From assembly GCA_035656295.1 (NCBI GenBank), contig DASRSU010000008.1:983420-1047419 (forward strand): 64,000 nt of DNA, written 5' to 3'. A program made the translations under genes and the position numbers. Shown in pieces: positions 29,297 to 38,815 of this stretch; position 1 is the first letter of the stretch, and each line of letters opens with the position of its first letter. The notes beneath the pieces were generated by a model. It saw nothing but the letters and a program-made list of their open reading frames with translations. It had not been told where the DNA came from and searched no databases. Source of the stretch: Candidatus Bathyarchaeia archaeon. Lineage in GTDB: Archaea; Thermoproteota; Bathyarchaeia; 40CM-2-53-6.

Positions 29297-30061
29297 CGTG
29301 CTCAACGCGCTCTTAAGATCTCGAAAATGATAATCCGCGATTGTAGCTTCAGGTTTGTGTTTGCGCTTTATCAGCACAGTGCGGAGACCTGCAGCATAGC
29401 CTCCTTCAATATCATGATGTTCCGAGTCGCCTATCAAGACAGCTTCTTGAGGACGGATATTGAACTGGGACAGGGCATATCGGAAGATACCCACGTCTGG
29501 TTTCCTGATGCCGGTCAACGCAGACGTCACGACGGTATCGAAGTATTTTTTCAGTCCAGCCTTTTGCAGTATTGACAGTGCAACCTCGTGGGACGAAACA
29601 TTGGAGATTATGCCCAACTTTGCTCGGCCCTTAGCGAGTGTGCGGACAGCTTCTCTTGAATCGGGAAATGTAACCGTGTTTGCGGCGCGGGCGTTCACGA
29701 CCATTGTGATGGCTTTTCGGGCTAGTTGCTTTGATGGTTCGGTCCCGAGGGCCGTGCGTAGGAGACGGAACATCCAGGTTTCGATGGGTATTTCGACATG
29801 ATGCCTGGAACGGATAGCTTGGTTCGTCCTATATCCTTGCGAGTATATGCCGGAGAGCCTTCTGATTGGGACTCCTTTGGGAAGTATCTTGGCGATCTGC
29901 TTAAGCGCCTTCGAGGTTACCATGTTGCTTTCGATATTTTGGGTGACTAGGGTTTCGCCTAGATCAAAGAAGAGCACTTTTGCCTTGGTCGCCAAGTCTC
30001 TGGTCCAGACTAGTTTGTTCATTATTTGAAATCGTTGAGTGCCTAGAAAGGGGCTAAGCAA
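29270..30061 (-). CDS. HAD-superfamily hydrolase
   Basis: Motif I FFDLGETLV and motif IV IGDSEHHDIEGG. Confidence 0.75.
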   Translation of the reverse strand: MLSPFLGTQRFQIMNKLVWTRDLATKAKVLFFDLGETLVTQNIESNMVTSKALKQIAKILPKGVPIRRLSGIYSQGYRTNQAIRSRHHVEIPIETWMFRLLRTALGTEPSKQLARKAITMVVNARAANTVTFPDSREAVRTLAKGRAKLGIISNVSSHEVALSILQKAGLKKYFDTVVTSALTGIRKPDVGIFRYALSQFNIRPQEAVLIGDSEHHDIEGGYAAGLRTVLIKRKHKPEATIADYHFRDLKSALSTLQQLQPIS

Positions 30062-30339
30062 TCAACGATTGATAACGTTACTCGTGAAGAAGCCTACGAA
30101 ATAGTCAGGCTAGCTTTGTAGAGTTGAAAAGCGGCGGGGAAACCCCTGAATGCTGAGAGTTTTGTGGGATGTCGACCATCTCGCAGTTTGGCTGCTTGAG
30201 CCAAGAGGCTTGTAACGTGAAAAATTGAGGGATCGTTCGATTGACTATACGAGGAAATGAGAAGAAAGTGGAACGAGAAGCGCGCCAGAAACACAACTGC
30301 CGCAAGAAATCATACCAAGGTTTTCACTAGAGTAACAGT

Positions 30340-30843
30340 GTGTATCCAAGGGAAGCCTTGCGAATAGCTGGCGCATATCTACTTATTGCGGTGGTGGTTG
30401 CGTTAGGTGTCTACGTGCCGGCCCCGCCAGCGTTGCAGTTCCCAAGAACTCTCTGTACGTCCGTGGGAGTCCCAGGGCTGACGTTTGAGCTACATCTCTG
30501 CACTGAGAAGTTATCTTACAATGTAGGCGAGATTGCAAATATTACCGTGGGTTTCGGAAATTCTGGTTCTAGCATGCTTTGGGGGCGAGAGGGGGACAAA
30601 TTGCAAATCATTCATGAAGGAACCGTTGTGTTTACTGACGCCCAGGGTTGCGCCATACCCGAAGGGTGTCTTTATCGTCCTGGAGAGATTCATCCGTGGA
30701 TCTTCCATTTGCCTCCGTTGGAAGCTGGTGATTACACAGCACTAATGACCCTGATGGGTATTGTTGATTGTTCGGGTGTGTGCAAGCCCGTGTTCAGCGG
30801 CGGCACCACAATTGGTCTGACGTTCACTGTTCTTTCAAAATAG
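30340..30843 (+). CDS. hypothetical membrane-anchored or secreted Cys-containing protein
   Basis: N-terminal hydrophobic segment and no recognisable domain. Confidence 0.35.
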   Translation: MYPREALRIAGAYLLIAVVVALGVYVPAPPALQFPRTLCTSVGVPGLTFELHLCTEKLSYNVGEIANITVGFGNSGSSMLWGREGDKLQIIHEGTVVFTDAQGCAIPEGCLYRPGEIHPWIFHLPPLEAGDYTALMTLMGIVDCSGVCKPVFSGGTTIGLTFTVLSK

Positions 30844-30935
30844 GCCGACATTGATGATGCAAGTAGGGTTCGAAACGGCCGCGGCCAAACGTTCGAGAAT
30901 GACTCAGGGTGTCGGATTAATCGTTGAGTGTTTTC

Positions 30936-32096
30936 TCAATTCGCCGGGTATCGCAGGACTGCTGCTACTTTGCCGAAAGAATCTCGTAGCATTCGCCCCT
31001 CCTCCGTCTCTTCCGAGATAACCTCGACCCGCGTGCCGGCCTTTTCGGCGTAGTCGAGAAAGCTGTCGATAATATCTGCGTGATCGGCTACCTCAAGAAG
31101 CGGCTTTCCACAGTTCTTGCATGGTCTCGTGGCCAGTTCGGTCATGATCGCGTGCGCCTCGAACCGGGTTCCTCGAAATTCCTCCTCATATGAACAGTTC
31201 TTGCATTTTAGCAGCAATCGCTCGCCCTCTAGTTTTTCGGAGATGAATAATGTTTCTACGATCCCCTTCTCGAGATACTCCTGGACTTTCTTCTCTCCGA
31301 AGGCGGCTTTGCCCGTTTCGTGGCCTAGCTCGTAAAGGAATTTCTGGACGAGCTGTTTCTCCTCGTTGTACCGGACTCCCTTCAGTATGTCGTTGCTTTT
31401 CTCAACTACTTCCTCGACGCCTGCCTCGCTGGTATAACTCGTGTCAACTATCGACAACACCTTCTTTTGCAACATGTATTGCATGTATTCGCCTTCCGCC
31501 CAGACGTACTTGGTGGGTCCTGGACCGCCGATAATGATTCCTTTCAGGTCAGGAATCTCTGACATGATTTCATTGAAATGCTGTCCTACTCGCTTGTAGT
31601 AGTCGTTCGCGACTTGTTCTCTGATGCGCTCAAATCGTCTTGCGGATTGTCCGCCCGCACGGCTCTTGCCTGGCATCCCTGAAGTGAACGTCTTGACGAT
31701 CTCCACGCGGCGGCCTTTGAGAGTCGCAACGACAGCCTCGGTCCCGTCGATTACTAGGATTCCATAGGTGTCTTTCTCGGCGACGAGCGCCAGCAATGGT
31801 TCGACGTGAAATCGAGCGTCACAACGGTAGAACCCGACAGTTATCGGCTCTGGAGGGATCAGAGTATACACTTCCATCTTCTCACTGCCTGGACCGTTCT
31901 GTGGGATCGCGCCGGCGAATACGACGAGGCCCGTCGGCGGGGGTTCCTTGAAGAGTCTCAGCCGTTGGCTAGCTTTCTCGATTGCCTCCTGCACGTTTTG
32001 ACGAGTGGTGCGCGACTTGATGTTGCTGGCAGTACCTAGTTCTTCTCGCAGTTGGCCGAGGACTTCATGGATCTTCCTATCAGGGGGGACGTACAC
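30936..32096 (-). CDS. prf1: peptide chain release factor aRF1
   Basis: NIKS and GGQ motifs (SRAGGQSARRF); C-terminal zinc-ribbon insertion. The conserved N-terminal region (...EGRGTELVTVYVPPD) continues 33 codons upstream of the GTG at 32096 to an in-frame TGA at ~32196 with no canonical start. Confidence 0.85.
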   Translation of the reverse strand: MYVPPDRKIHEVLGQLREELGTASNIKSRTTRQNVQEAIEKASQRLRLFKEPPPTGLVVFAGAIPQNGPGSEKMEVYTLIPPEPITVGFYRCDARFHVEPLLALVAEKDTYGILVIDGTEAVVATLKGRRVEIVKTFTSGMPGKSRAGGQSARRFERIREQVANDYYKRVGQHFNEIMSEIPDLKGIIIGGPGPTKYVWAEGEYMQYMLQKKVLSIVDTSYTSEAGVEEVVEKSNDILKGVRYNEEKQLVQKFLYELGHETGKAAFGEKKVQEYLEKGIVETLFISEKLEGERLLLKCKNCSYEEEFRGTRFEAHAIMTELATRPCKNCGKPLLEVADHADIIDSFLDYAEKAGTRVEVISEETEEGRMLRDSFGKVAAVLRYPAN

Positions 32097-32440
32097 AGTA
32101 ACGAGTTCAGTGCCTCTTCCTTCTTTGCGGGCTAGCTGTTCCAGAGTTCTTTTGAACTTGAAATGTGCGACGGACTTAGTGCTGGACGCTTTGCTTCACC
32201 GTCCCTCAATAATTGATTTGCCGATTCTGGAGTCCCGACTATTAGTTCAGAGGAGAAACGTTTCCTTTCCTAAACTGACTTCCATCTGTCGATTCTGTCT
32301 CTATCATATTAGGCGCTAAAATTGTATAAAACGCTTTTTCCAATGTCAGTTCCCTCTATTTTGGTCGACATCGAATTAGCAGGGTTCCGTTGGTTCACAA
32401 CATTGTGCCGGGGATGTTGCGCGCTTGAACCCGCCTTTGA

Positions 32441-33169
32441 GTGTCCCATTCTAATATAGTAATTACTAACGATGAGTTCTCGACACTGATGCGTGCAGTA
32501 GTGAAGCTTGGCGGGGCTCTCTTCAGAAAGGAGCCGGATGCAGGTAAGATCAAGACAATGGCGGACGCCCTCGGCAGTTTCGCCGGAGAAGGTAACCAGC
32601 TTGTAATCGTCGCAGGTGGGGGCGAGAATGCGAGAAGTTACATTGCAGCGGCTAGGAAGCTAGGCGCCGAAGAGTCAACGTGCGACCTCATCGGGATAGA
32701 CATTACGCGCGTCAATGCCGAACTTTTCCGGGTGGCGCTTGGGTCAATTGCTTATCAAAAGATCCCAACCAATCTATCAGAGCTTCGTCATCACACAAAC
32801 CCGGGCAAGGTCGTCGTCATGGGAGGCCTACAGCCTGGCCAATCAACGAATGCAGTGGCCGCTCTCGCCGCTGAAATTACGCGCTCAGAATTTTTGGTTA
32901 ATGGAACCGACGTTGACGGCGTGTACACTGCAGATCCGAAGAAAGATCCAAAGGCAAAACTGATCAAATCAGTAAATGTCAGTAAGCTGTTGACATGGGC
33001 AATGGCCGGAGACGTATACGCAGGAAGTTACGAACTCTTGGACCCATTGGCCTTGAAGATAATGGAGAGAAGCCGAACGACAACACGCTTCGTGTCTCTG
33101 AACAATCCTAAACAGATCATTGGCGCTCTTCGAGGCGAGGATATCGGGACGCTCGTGGTCTACTCCTAG
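32441..33169 (+). CDS. pyrH: uridylate kinase (archaeal-type UMP kinase)
   Basis: Amino-acid kinase fold (VVKLGGALF, VIVAGGGENAR) and archaeal PyrH-like length. Confidence 0.8.
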   Translation: MSHSNIVITNDEFSTLMRAVVKLGGALFRKEPDAGKIKTMADALGSFAGEGNQLVIVAGGGENARSYIAAARKLGAEESTCDLIGIDITRVNAELFRVALGSIAYQKIPTNLSELRHHTNPGKVVVMGGLQPGQSTNAVAALAAEITRSEFLVNGTDVDGVYTADPKKDPKAKLIKSVNVSKLLTWAMAGDVYAGSYELLDPLALKIMERSRTTTRFVSLNNPKQIIGALRGEDIGTLVVYS

Positions 33170-33181
33170 ATTGGTGATCGA

Positions 33182-33457
33182 ATGAGACTCGTGGATATTT
33201 TTCAGTCGAAGGCCCAAGTAAAACTCGTGGAACATCTTCTTCAGAATCGCCAGAAAATCTTCAGTCAAGCAGGTCTCGCGCGCGTCTTGGACGTATCACC
33301 GTCGACAATTGCACGAATAGCCGAGCCTTTGATCAGGTCGAAAATCCTGCTCTTCGAGCGATACGAAAAAGGTATGAAAATTTTCGGGTTGAACGTGGAA
33401 GAACCTGCCGCGCAAAACCTCATCGAATTCTACGAAAAGCTGCGCAGTTTAGGATAG
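33182..33457 (+). CDS. winged-helix DNA-binding protein
   Basis: HTH-like AGLARVLDVSPSTIARIAEPLIRSKIL. Confidence 0.4.
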   Translation: MRLVDIFQSKAQVKLVEHLLQNRQKIFSQAGLARVLDVSPSTIARIAEPLIRSKILLFERYEKGMKIFGLNVEEPAAQNLIEFYEKLRSLG

Positions 33458-33545
33458 ATACGGTGAAGGGAGCCGCGATATGATGCGTCACGAAAATGCT
33501 TAGGTCAGTTGTCACTTACACCGTACTGTTAGTTATCTTGCAGAG

Positions 33546-33908
33546 GTGAATTCTATGAGGGTCATGGGCAGGACTATCCCTTCTTGGAGAATGGTGATGA
33601 ACAGCGAGCTCACTCATTTGGAGAGATTCAGTACGCATCTCCGGAAGGAAGACCGAGAAATCTTCCGGGACATGATTCGGCAGTGTCAGCTGTACGCTTC
33701 CCATGCCAGTGACATGGCGTCGACAGTGAAGGAGATCCCACTGCTTATGTCGATAATCTTCGGCCAGCACAAGATGATCCTTAAGTTGAGAAGACGGTTG
33801 GACGAAGCAAATGGCTCACAACACACTTCCAAATCAGAGGTTGCCCTAGGAGGAGACTCGACTGCTACAGTAGCTTTTTCTGAACGGCCGGGCTCTCAAG
33901 CTCCCTGA
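33546..33908 (+). CDS. hypothetical protein, paralog of the element gene 43408..43698
   Basis: About 70% identity over ~75 aa including VKEIPLLM(S/A)IIFGQHKMIL. Confidence 0.4.
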   Translation: MNSMRVMGRTIPSWRMVMNSELTHLERFSTHLRKEDREIFRDMIRQCQLYASHASDMASTVKEIPLLMSIIFGQHKMILKLRRRLDEANGSQHTSKSEVALGGDSTATVAFSERPGSQAP

Positions 33909-34557
33909 TGGCATCAGACGCGATCCATTTGGCTGGTCTAATGTTGGACTTTGCAATCACTCTCGCTGTCCGAATTGCCGCGTTGTTAAGATTCTTGTTT
34001 CGTTTTCCTATCTGTCTGAGAGCCCAGTTTACGGCTTTCTTTACAAAGTTGCGTTCGTCGCTTGATCCCTCTATAATAAACAGGAGGAATTCTAGGAATG
34101 TCTTGTCCGGCATTCTCTTGTCGTGCACCGCAAGCCCGGCCATCAACACGAATCCGGCGCGCTTAACGTACTCTTCCGGCCGTTTACGCCATTCCTTGGC
34201 TTTCTTAACCGCAAAAGGCGTCTTGTCGAATAGGTTGCCGCAGCATCCGTCTACTATATCCCAAGAATCAAATTCCTTTGCCCACCGCTCCATCTGCTCC
34301 ATAGTGACTTGTTCTGGAATGTCGATCATGCTAGCTAGAATCCGAGCTTCGTGAAACCCAGTCTTCCAGAGTTCCTGCGCGAGATCGTGGTCCTGTCCTA
34401 GTTTCCGACCAATTTGTCGAAGTTGCGGAAGAGAAACGCCAAGCGCCTTGCTCGTCTGAATTCCGAACCTAGACATTCCTTCAACGTGTCTCGTACTGCC
34501 TTGAGCCTTCAACTGTCGAATGACATCGTCAGCGCTAGCTTTACTCTGCTGAGTCAT
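33865..34557 (-). CDS. DNA alkylation repair enzyme-like HEAT-repeat protein
   Basis: AlkD/AlkC-like repeat architecture (WKTGFHEARILASMID...). Confidence 0.55.
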   Translation of the reverse strand: MTQQSKASADDVIRQLKAQGSTRHVEGMSRFGIQTSKALGVSLPQLRQIGRKLGQDHDLAQELWKTGFHEARILASMIDIPEQVTMEQMERWAKEFDSWDIVDGCCGNLFDKTPFAVKKAKEWRKRPEEYVKRAGFVLMAGLAVHDKRMPDKTFLEFLLFIIEGSSDERNFVKKAVNWALRQIGKRNKNLNNAAIRTARVIAKSNIRPAKWIASDAIRELESPAVQKKLL

Positions 34558-34571
34558 CGCGATCTCAACAC

Positions 34572-35357
34572 TTACGAGATGGGTTTTCCATTTTTCGAGT
34601 ACGTGAAAACCAGCCAGAAACCTGATGTTACTCGTTTCTTGTTGGTGAATCCAGATCTCTGAAGCATGTTGTCAATTGTGCGTAGTGAATGCAGGTACAG
34701 CCATCCTACCTTTTTCCCACGAATCTTTTCCACGAGATTCTTGAAGTAGACACCGACCCTGAGCGGGATCAGAAATAACCCCTGGTCGCGAGGCACGACA
34801 AAGGCAACAGTCTCGTTGCATGCCCCAATCGCATTTTTCAAGATAACTTCCGCGTCAGGGAAGCAGCACAACATCTTATCCATCACGACAATGTCAGATC
34901 TGGGAATCTGTACGGCCGCAGCATTTCCGACAAAAAACGTGGCACGGTCACTCATTCCGAGGCTGTTTGCAAGTTGGTTGGCCGCCTTGATCATCTCGGG
35001 AGAGAGGTCTATTCCCACGCAAGAGGCTGCGCCCTGTTTCAACGATTCAACTGTGAACCCGCCGGGACCACAGCCTAGCTCTGCTAGGGACTTTCCAGTA
35101 AGTCCCCCTGTGATGATAGAGTCTAGGAGCAGTCTGCTACTGGAAGACAACCCCGCCGTCTTGTAGTCTTCGCAGTACTCACAGGCAACGGCGTCAAAAT
35201 CATCTACTAATTGTTCGACTATCTCGGCGTTAGGTTCCATGGCTGGTCGTGCAACCTTCCCTAGTCTTCTCTCATCTAATGGTGATGGCTCCATATATCC
35301 TCTCGATTCCTTGCGCGAACTATGCTTCTCCATTCTCTTCTTTTGTGGCCAAAGCAA
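34572..35357 (-). CDS. class I SAM-dependent methyltransferase
   Basis: Motif I ELGCGPGGFT and acidic motif II GIDLSPEM. Confidence 0.75.
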   Translation of the reverse strand: MLWPQKKRMEKHSSRKESRGYMEPSPLDERRLGKVARPAMEPNAEIVEQLVDDFDAVACEYCEDYKTAGLSSSSRLLLDSIITGGLTGKSLAELGCGPGGFTVESLKQGAASCVGIDLSPEMIKAANQLANSLGMSDRATFFVGNAAAVQIPRSDIVVMDKMLCCFPDAEVILKNAIGACNETVAFVVPRDQGLFLIPLRVGVYFKNLVEKIRGKKVGWLYLHSLRTIDNMLQRSGFTNKKRVTSGFWLVFTYSKNGKPIS

Positions 35358-35499
35358 ACAATCCCTGACAGTATAGGATCAAGACCCACGGGTCACGCAC
35401 GTCCAGGCCAGTGCAAGCTGGTTTTGGGAAATCAGTCAGCCCTATCTTATAATTCTATCAACTCGTCTCCGATGGCTTTCAAGTACAGGCCGATTGATT

Positions 35500-36561
35500 C
35501 TACCTTAGGAGGGGCCGAATGTAATTCCAGGCCAAGTATAGTATCGTTAAGGAGCCCGTGGTCATAATGGCTCCCCAAACCCATTTACTCCGATGTGATT
35601 TGGTCTGAATAGTTAGTTTTTCTTCGACTGCTGATTTCTTGCTAGGCTCATTTAGCTCGATAGCGATTTCTTCGGAAGTTTCACTAGCTCCCACGTTTCG
35701 CAACAGCCATTTTCTAGAGACTGCGGGACGTGGAACACGGAAAACTCCCGAGCCTGTCTTTGCGACATATGCAGTCCATGCAAGTTCTTTCCTGTCTCGT
35801 AAAGCGTCAACTTCATGCTGACGCATAGCGTAATAGACGACTGGGCCAAGCATTCGCTCGACCTTACTAGCATCAAAGGTGCCGGGCGTTCCTGTGCTTC
35901 TGACAAGCAGCAGATCTGCATCAGCCCGTAAATCTATGTCGCCTCCATAGAAACGGTGGAGACCGGCGACCATGATCACAAGCCCTTGGCGCATTCCATG
36001 CTTGAAAAGTTCGCCTCTGATATCGTACCACTTGTCCAGCCAGTAGTCGATCTTCCTCATCTTTTCCAATTGTCCACTGGAATCTTTTACCCCGACCGTA
36101 CCGGAAAGTTTCTTCAGTGCCTTTGTCATGTCATCTGCAAATAGCAGTACTGCCTTTGGAGGTTTTCGGAATCGCTTGAACAGTTTGTCGATGTTCTGAA
36201 ACAATGCTGGAAGGTCTCGCGTAGAGCGCAATGCCTTCACATTCGCTTGACCGTATCTACGGGCTAGTGCTTGAGCAAGCGATTCAGCTAGTGTGGTTTT
36301 TCCGGTATTAGGTTTCCCGAAGATTATGATGTTCAAGTGGTGAATCGCATTATCCTTACCGACCGACTCCGGAAGCGGATCCGGAATAAGTCCATCCAGG
36401 ATAGTGTCCAAGTCAAGCTTCCAGTAGGTAACCTTCGCCAGTAACTCCTCGCTCGGGATACCTGACTTGGCCAGGGCAGAATTCACTGTAGTGAGATCAG
36501 TAGGTGCGCGCACAATACTGGTTGGCGATGGTTTGATCTCAGTGTCTTTCGATTCTGCCAT
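35500..36561 (-). CDS. P-loop NTPase with C-terminal transmembrane anchor
   Basis: Walker A FGKPNTGKTT, Walker B VLLFADD, C-terminal hydrophobic helix (WVWGAIMTTGSLTILYLAW). Lies just outside attL of the integrated element. Confidence 0.55.
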   Translation of the reverse strand: MAESKDTEIKPSPTSIVRAPTDLTTVNSALAKSGIPSEELLAKVTYWKLDLDTILDGLIPDPLPESVGKDNAIHHLNIIIFGKPNTGKTTLAESLAQALARRYGQANVKALRSTRDLPALFQNIDKLFKRFRKPPKAVLLFADDMTKALKKLSGTVGVKDSSGQLEKMRKIDYWLDKWYDIRGELFKHGMRQGLVIMVAGLHRFYGGDIDLRADADLLLVRSTGTPGTFDASKVERMLGPVVYYAMRQHEVDALRDRKELAWTAYVAKTGSGVFRVPRPAVSRKWLLRNVGASETSEEIAIELNEPSKKSAVEEKLTIQTKSHRSKWVWGAIMTTGSLTILYLAWNYIRPLLR

Positions 36562-36970
36562 CTCTTTGCTACCTAAGCCCTCAGGACCTCATTCCAGGTA
36601 GTCAAAGGCTTCGCTCTCCAATCATAACATGGGCCCTCGATGAGCAGATTGTTGAAGCATTATCCGAGCTCCAAATAGGAGATGGTGAGTTTTCACACTT
36701 CTTGCAGCCAATATTTTCGACGTTTCAAGACGATTCCCTCCGAAAAACGTTTCAGAGAACCTGACAACGTCCGAAGAATCTGTCTTCCAACGTTTCAAAG
36801 ACGTTTAACGTACGAGAGAAAAATTCTAGACCCCCCTATCACAGAAAAATCGCGCGCCCGAGCCCGAACGGAAAAAGACGAGAAAAATGCGCATGCCCGC
36901 GTGTATTCACACTCAATTCAAAATAGAACCACCAGCCTAAACTTGCACCCTTAGTTCGTCAGTGGTATCA

Positions 36971-36990
36971 TGGTGGGCCCGCCCGGATTC
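36971..36990. repeat. attL: 20-bp partial copy of the tRNA 3' end
   Basis: Exact match to 49770-49789. Confidence 0.75.
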
Positions 36991-37036
36991 ACCGTATACG
37001 TATTGCGAATCTTTTTGGACCATGAAAACAGGGTTG

Positions 37037-37213
37037 TCAGGGTTTCTTTTTGCGTCCGTTCAATGGTAAGAGTAGGATCCCGCCGTCGGTAGTTTCCATG
37101 TGCAGCTTCTGACCTTCGGCTATCTTCAACGCTCTTGTGATTGCTGTTGGAATGACTACGCGCAGGCTGTTGCCTATCCTTGTAACGGTTACTTCGTCTT
37201 CTATGGTGACCAT
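37037..37213 (-). CDS. AbrB/MazE (SpoVT-AbrB swapped-hairpin) family small DNA-binding protein, 58 aa
   Basis: Unlisted ORF MVTIEDEVTVTRIGNSLRVVIPTAITRALKIAEGQKLHMETTDGGILLLP... is a classic AbrB/MazE-fold sequence. First gene inside attL. Confidence 0.5.
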   Translation of the reverse strand: MVTIEDEVTVTRIGNSLRVVIPTAITRALKIAEGQKLHMETTDGGILLLPLNGRKKKP

Positions 37214-37279
37214 GTTCCTTTTTGGATAGCCCTTCGGATATACTTATAACTGTGAGGCTATCCGATTGGCTATCTGATT

Positions 37280-37885
37280 GTGGATGACACCGAGCTCAGA
37301 AGAATGCTGGGGTTGCAACATGAATGTGCCGCGCGGCAAATCAGACTATTGCGAGTCCTGCCAGGTCTCGATCAAGCTGATCCAGCTGATGCAGGAACAT
37401 GGCGTCACAGTACTCTGGACGTTGCCGGAGATGTTCGACCGATGATTCCGGCCAGTTGTCTTTACTGCCACCAGACCAACGTCATAGAAGGCCTCCCATA
37501 CTCCTGCAGCAAGTGTGGCCGCGAAAGCTTCATCCTCGACTCTAATCAGCTTCCGTCGATACGGATAGATCGGCACGCCCTCCAGAGCAAGAGTAGGAAG
37601 AGCAGCTTCGGTAACTTTCCACCAAACCATCAGCCAGTCGAGAAAACCATCCTGGACGAGGGACTGGTTATGATCAAGTGCAGCTGTGGAGGCATTTGGA
37701 CTTCAACGCTCAAGAAATTGGCGAACGTGGTCGGGTTCTCAGAGGTTCAGCCTGATCCAAAATCGGGGCTTCTCAAGTGTAGACTGGACGATTTGGAACA
37801 GCAGATGGCCACAATTCAGCTGGTCATCAGGAGTGACGGGAGAATCCGTGATGGTGTCTCCTCGAGCGGTAGGACTGGACACTAA
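37280..37885 (+). CDS. hypothetical Cys-rich (zinc-finger-like) protein
   Basis: CLYCHQ...CSKCG and CSCGG motifs. Overlapping antisense ORF 37346..37630 judged less likely. Confidence 0.3.
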   Translation: MDDTELRRMLGLQHECAARQIRLLRVLPGLDQADPADAGTWRHSTLDVAGDVRPMIPASCLYCHQTNVIEGLPYSCSKCGRESFILDSNQLPSIRIDRHALQSKSRKSSFGNFPPNHQPVEKTILDEGLVMIKCSCGGIWTSTLKKLANVVGFSEVQPDPKSGLLKCRLDDLEQQMATIQLVIRSDGRIRDGVSSSGRTGH

Positions 37886-38732
37886 ACCCGAGCAGGAAGC
37901 CAACGATCGGCAACACGAAATCTTTCAATTCGACAGGCAGTGGCAGGGACGGGCCGAGTGAATGAGTCTGAAGAGACAATCTTACCGAGTGGCCCGCTCC
38001 TCCTGACGCCTGATCGATAGTCCATGACTGCCAGTTGATGCCGAAGTAATTGGTCGGAGCATAAGCGTTGTTCGGAGCTGGGAAAGTGTCGGAATCCATT
38101 GATTGTCCATTAGGGTAGCCAACAGCGATGATCAGGGTCTTGGCTTGGATCATGATGCTCTGAGAAACTCCTGGCAAAAACTGCGCCTCGGGAATTGCGA
38201 AAACATTGTATGTTGTAATTGTGATGGTTGACTTCCAGAAGTTGCGCGACATTATGTCCGAGAAGGAGAAGAAAACAGTCAGGTCGCCCTGACTATAGTC
38301 TGTCACCGTGAGATACCAGAAACCGGGCGTGGAAGACTTCCCGCTTCGGGTAAGGTTGCCTGGATGGTTGAAGCCGAACAGTGTAGCGTCGAATGGGAAC
38401 GTGATGTCGAACGTGACAGGCTGCCAAGCAGCTGAGTAGGACACTCTCAAGGATCCTATGTTCCAGACCGTGTTCAACTCGAGGATGATCTTGGACGTGT
38501 TGAAATTAAGGCCGGTGAAACCTGATGCCGGCGGCCGGATCCCAACATCTATTGGTTTTCCAGAGTTTGTTCCGAACCAAGGCACTGGAGGCCAGACTGA
38601 AGCTAGGATCAGAAGCATCGCGAGTATTGCGGGAGACCACTTGAGAGCTCTTCTGACTTGTCTGTGTCTTCCGAACCAGCTGTGTAGCGCGACTCGTTGT
38701 GCTCGGATCCACTTTCTCCAGTTGCCTGGCAT
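37827..38732 (-). CDS. hypothetical signal-anchored protein with a beta-rich extracellular domain
   Basis: N-terminal TM (AILAMLLILASVWPP) followed by a Ser/Thr/Asn-rich region. Confidence 0.35.
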   Translation of the reverse strand: MPGNWRKWIRAQRVALHSWFGRHRQVRRALKWSPAILAMLLILASVWPPVPWFGTNSGKPIDVGIRPPASGFTGLNFNTSKIILELNTVWNIGSLRVSYSAAWQPVTFDITFPFDATLFGFNHPGNLTRSGKSSTPGFWYLTVTDYSQGDLTVFFSFSDIMSRNFWKSTITITTYNVFAIPEAQFLPGVSQSIMIQAKTLIIAVGYPNGQSMDSDTFPAPNNAYAPTNYFGINWQSWTIDQASGGAGHSVRLSLQTHSLGPSLPLPVELKDFVLPIVGFLLGFSVQSYRSRRHHHGFSRHS

Positions 38733-38815
38733 ACTTTTTCGACTCGGCCTCTAGGGATTTCTTAGTGTAAAACTGTAGGGGGGCCCGGAGTAGGGGGGTA
38801 GGGTGGTCAAAAACA

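Noticed and set aside
36682-36954. 90-aa ORF in the noncoding block before attL
   Set aside because: Basic, low-complexity translation over a region full of short nucleotide repeats. More likely regulatory DNA than a gene.
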